The translations under genes and the position numbers were made by a program. A DNA stretch of 64,000 nt from NCBI GenBank assembly GCA_008632985.1, contig QPGO01000020.1:1-64000 (forward strand), given 5' to 3'. The DNA comes from Psammoneis japonica (Eukaryota). Shown piece after piece: positions 61,545 through 64,000 of the stretch. Positions within the stretch are counted from its first letter, which is position 1; each line of letters opens with the position of its first letter. The notes under the pieces were generated by a model, which had not been told where the DNA came from, searched no databases, and saw only the letters and a program-made list of their open reading frames with translations.

Positions 61545-64000
61545 AATGTTTCAGTCCAGCATCTCAAACCAGAATGGGGAGCTTTGCAATGCTGTCCAGA
61601 TCTTTTTGGACCCTGCAGATGCGGCACAACTTTCCAGTTCAAAGTCTCATCCACAGTGCACTTCACCTGCTGCATGGTGAGCAACACATCACAAGCTTAC
61701 AAAAAATGTTTCTCTTTCTCTCCCCAGGCTGCACACTTTTTCTCTTTCCTTTGGCACTGCATGAGCTTTGTGGGTGAGTTCTCCACCAAACAAAGAGGGT
61801 TGGGTTCACAGGCTGGAACCTGAGGAAGTGCTTTGGACATTGACGCAACACAAAATCTGGAATGGTTTGATTCTCCAAGCAAGAACCAAAACATTTGTTC
61901 ACCATCTTCTTGAATGCAACACTTGCAGCACTTTTCCTCCACCCACAGTGACATTCAACATGTGGGAACTGAGCACTGTGCATCTTTGCCAGGACTCTCT
62001 GTTTCTTGTTTGTGCCGGCCCCGGCAATCAACAACAACCATCAACCCTTTTTCTTCCCCACTTGGAGGATGATGAAGTCATGCATTGAAGTTGATGCAAA
62101 CATGAGCACAGCAACCACCTGAGCAACTTTGGGCAAGTCAGAGAAAGTCAAGCAAAAACAGAAATTCCTTTGGGATGTCTTCAGCTGTTGTTGCAATGGC
62201 CAAAAACATGAGAAATGCAACAGGCCATGTACGAATTTGAAAGAGCATTGATTTTTCCTGCAAGAACAACAGCTGGAAATCATGGTGCTGCTGCCCCAGT
62301 CATTTCCAGCTGCACTGTCAAACAGCTGCTGCTGTTTCTTCCACCCACATGTGCTCATTCTGTCAGCTCTTTTCAACCCAGTTTTGTTTTGTTTGTTGTC
62401 AGAATCCTGCTGCTTTGTGCTTCTGTCATTTCTGTTTTGCTGCTTGGCTCTTTTTGCACCATCAAACTTGCAAAATTCTGTGGTGCAATCTTTGACTTGT
62501 TGTTGGCTTGTTTCCCTTCCTTTGTCCTGTGCATGCTGTCTCTCATGCCCCAACATTGACCCTGCTCTCAAGGAATGCAGAGCTGTCAACCATGCAGCGG
62601 CATTGAAACTTGCCATGCAGTTGGTCCACCAACAACACAGCATGTCCCCTGCCATCATTGTTGGGTTTAAATTTGCAACAAAACATGGCAAGATCAACAA
62701 ACTTCATGAAAAAGTTGCAACGAGCAAGGCTCTCTGCAACACATCTTGTGCTGCAAGCAAAGGGTGCACTCTTTGCTTGAGCACTTCATTGACAGTTCTC
62801 TGACATCCAAAAAACCCAAAAAATGTGCCTCTGTCATCACAATCTTTTTTCAACAGAGCAAAAGTTCCCAGCACACTTCCCACTGACCACAAAGCAAAAC
62901 ATGGGAGCAGTTGTGTTGACAGAGCAATGGCTTTCTGCCCACTGGCACCCAATCTTTCATTGTTTTGCCACATCCAGATGGCTTGACAAAATGTGCAAAG
63001 AGAGTTCAAGGGCAGTGTGTGTCACCAAAAAGGCAGCACTGGGATGGTCTCTGCAAGCAGGGCAGAAGAAAAGACAATGGCTGCCAAACAATTGGCTTCT
63101 CCTTTGGCAGGAACAAATCTGGGCACAAAAAGAGGAGATGTGGAGACAGGTTTAGACTGCATTGACACAGCACACGCCAGTGTCAAATGTTGGAGCTTGC
63201 CCCCTTCATTTGCACCAATCATTGTTGAAAACATGCTGCACTGTCAATCAAAGACATTGTCTGCACACTGAAACTACATCATGCAGCACAATGCAAGCAA
63301 ATGTGCACCAAATGCACACTGCCACCATGTGTTGGCTGAGATGAGATGCTGGGCAGCTTGTGCATTTGCTGTTTTTTTATGCTGAAGAGTGTGCTGGCAT
63401 TTTCACAAAAAAGTGATGCATCACAGAAAATTGCTTCAATGTGTGAGCCATCACCAATGGCAGCAAAAGCAACAGCACATAGACTCTTTTTAGCCACACA
63501 GGAGAGTCTGTGAGAGTGTCACTTCCTTCAAGGATTTTGAGTCAAGTGCCGGCTTGCATGCCACACTGGGCATGGCTTTCTTTGCCACTCCACCAAAAAG
63601 AGCACAGAGGGTCATGCACCAACAAACAGTGAGTGAAAAAACTCAATTCAGACAAGCCACAGATGCCCAACAAGATTTGGTGTTCAGAACAACAAATCAG
63701 TGATTTTCCCATTCTAGATTGGCTGCAAGCTCACAAACACATGCTCCTCAATCTCTGTCTCTGCTCAAGACAAAGAAGCTGCACTGTGTGCTGCTGCCCC
63801 ATCACAAACTTGGTGAGGATGAGACTCTTGTCAACAACATTGAACATTGTTTGGTCTTGACAAAACTTGTGCACACAAAAGCTGCTGCACTCACTCTTTT
63901 CTCTTTTCACTGGCAAGGTTCACCAAGTCTCTGGGCTCTTGGTAAAAAAAAAAGCAGGAGAGAGCCACAGCATTGACCTCAGCTTTAGTGTGCAAAATCT
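61545..64000. other. TpA/CpG-depleted domain 4 (runs off window end)
   Basis: Same compositional signature as domain 1. No recognisable protein family. Confidence 0.85.

Overview
Eukaryotic, intron-containing sequence, most likely from a diatom (short GT-AG introns, signal-plus-transit-peptide proteins). Ordinary gene blocks hold SGT1, a TRP-like channel, RPS11, ATM, COQ5, a Rieske-like protein, a GT64, MAK11/PAK1IP1, a PqiA-like and a LETM1-like gene. They alternate with four sharply bounded domains (~1.0-16.2, 42.7-49.8, 54.1-56.4 and 61.5-64 kb) from which TpA, and usually CpG, is almost erased in favour of TpG/CpA. Internal comparisons polarise the change as TA->TG/CA. (1) In an IS630/Tc1-like transposon, the left TIR and TA target-site duplication are intact, while every TA in the right TIR and TSD is converted. 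(2) Its transposase has conserved Tyr/Ile codons turned into Cys/His/Thr. (3) Tandem copies show CGTA/CATA/CACA series. This looks like a domain-targeted 'reverse-RIP' T:A->C:G hypermutation, which also destroyed a neighbouring F-box gene. A TpA base modification miscalled in long reads is the main alternative. Several host genes carry 1-bp frameshifts suggesting an unpolished assembly, so short-read confirmation is essential.
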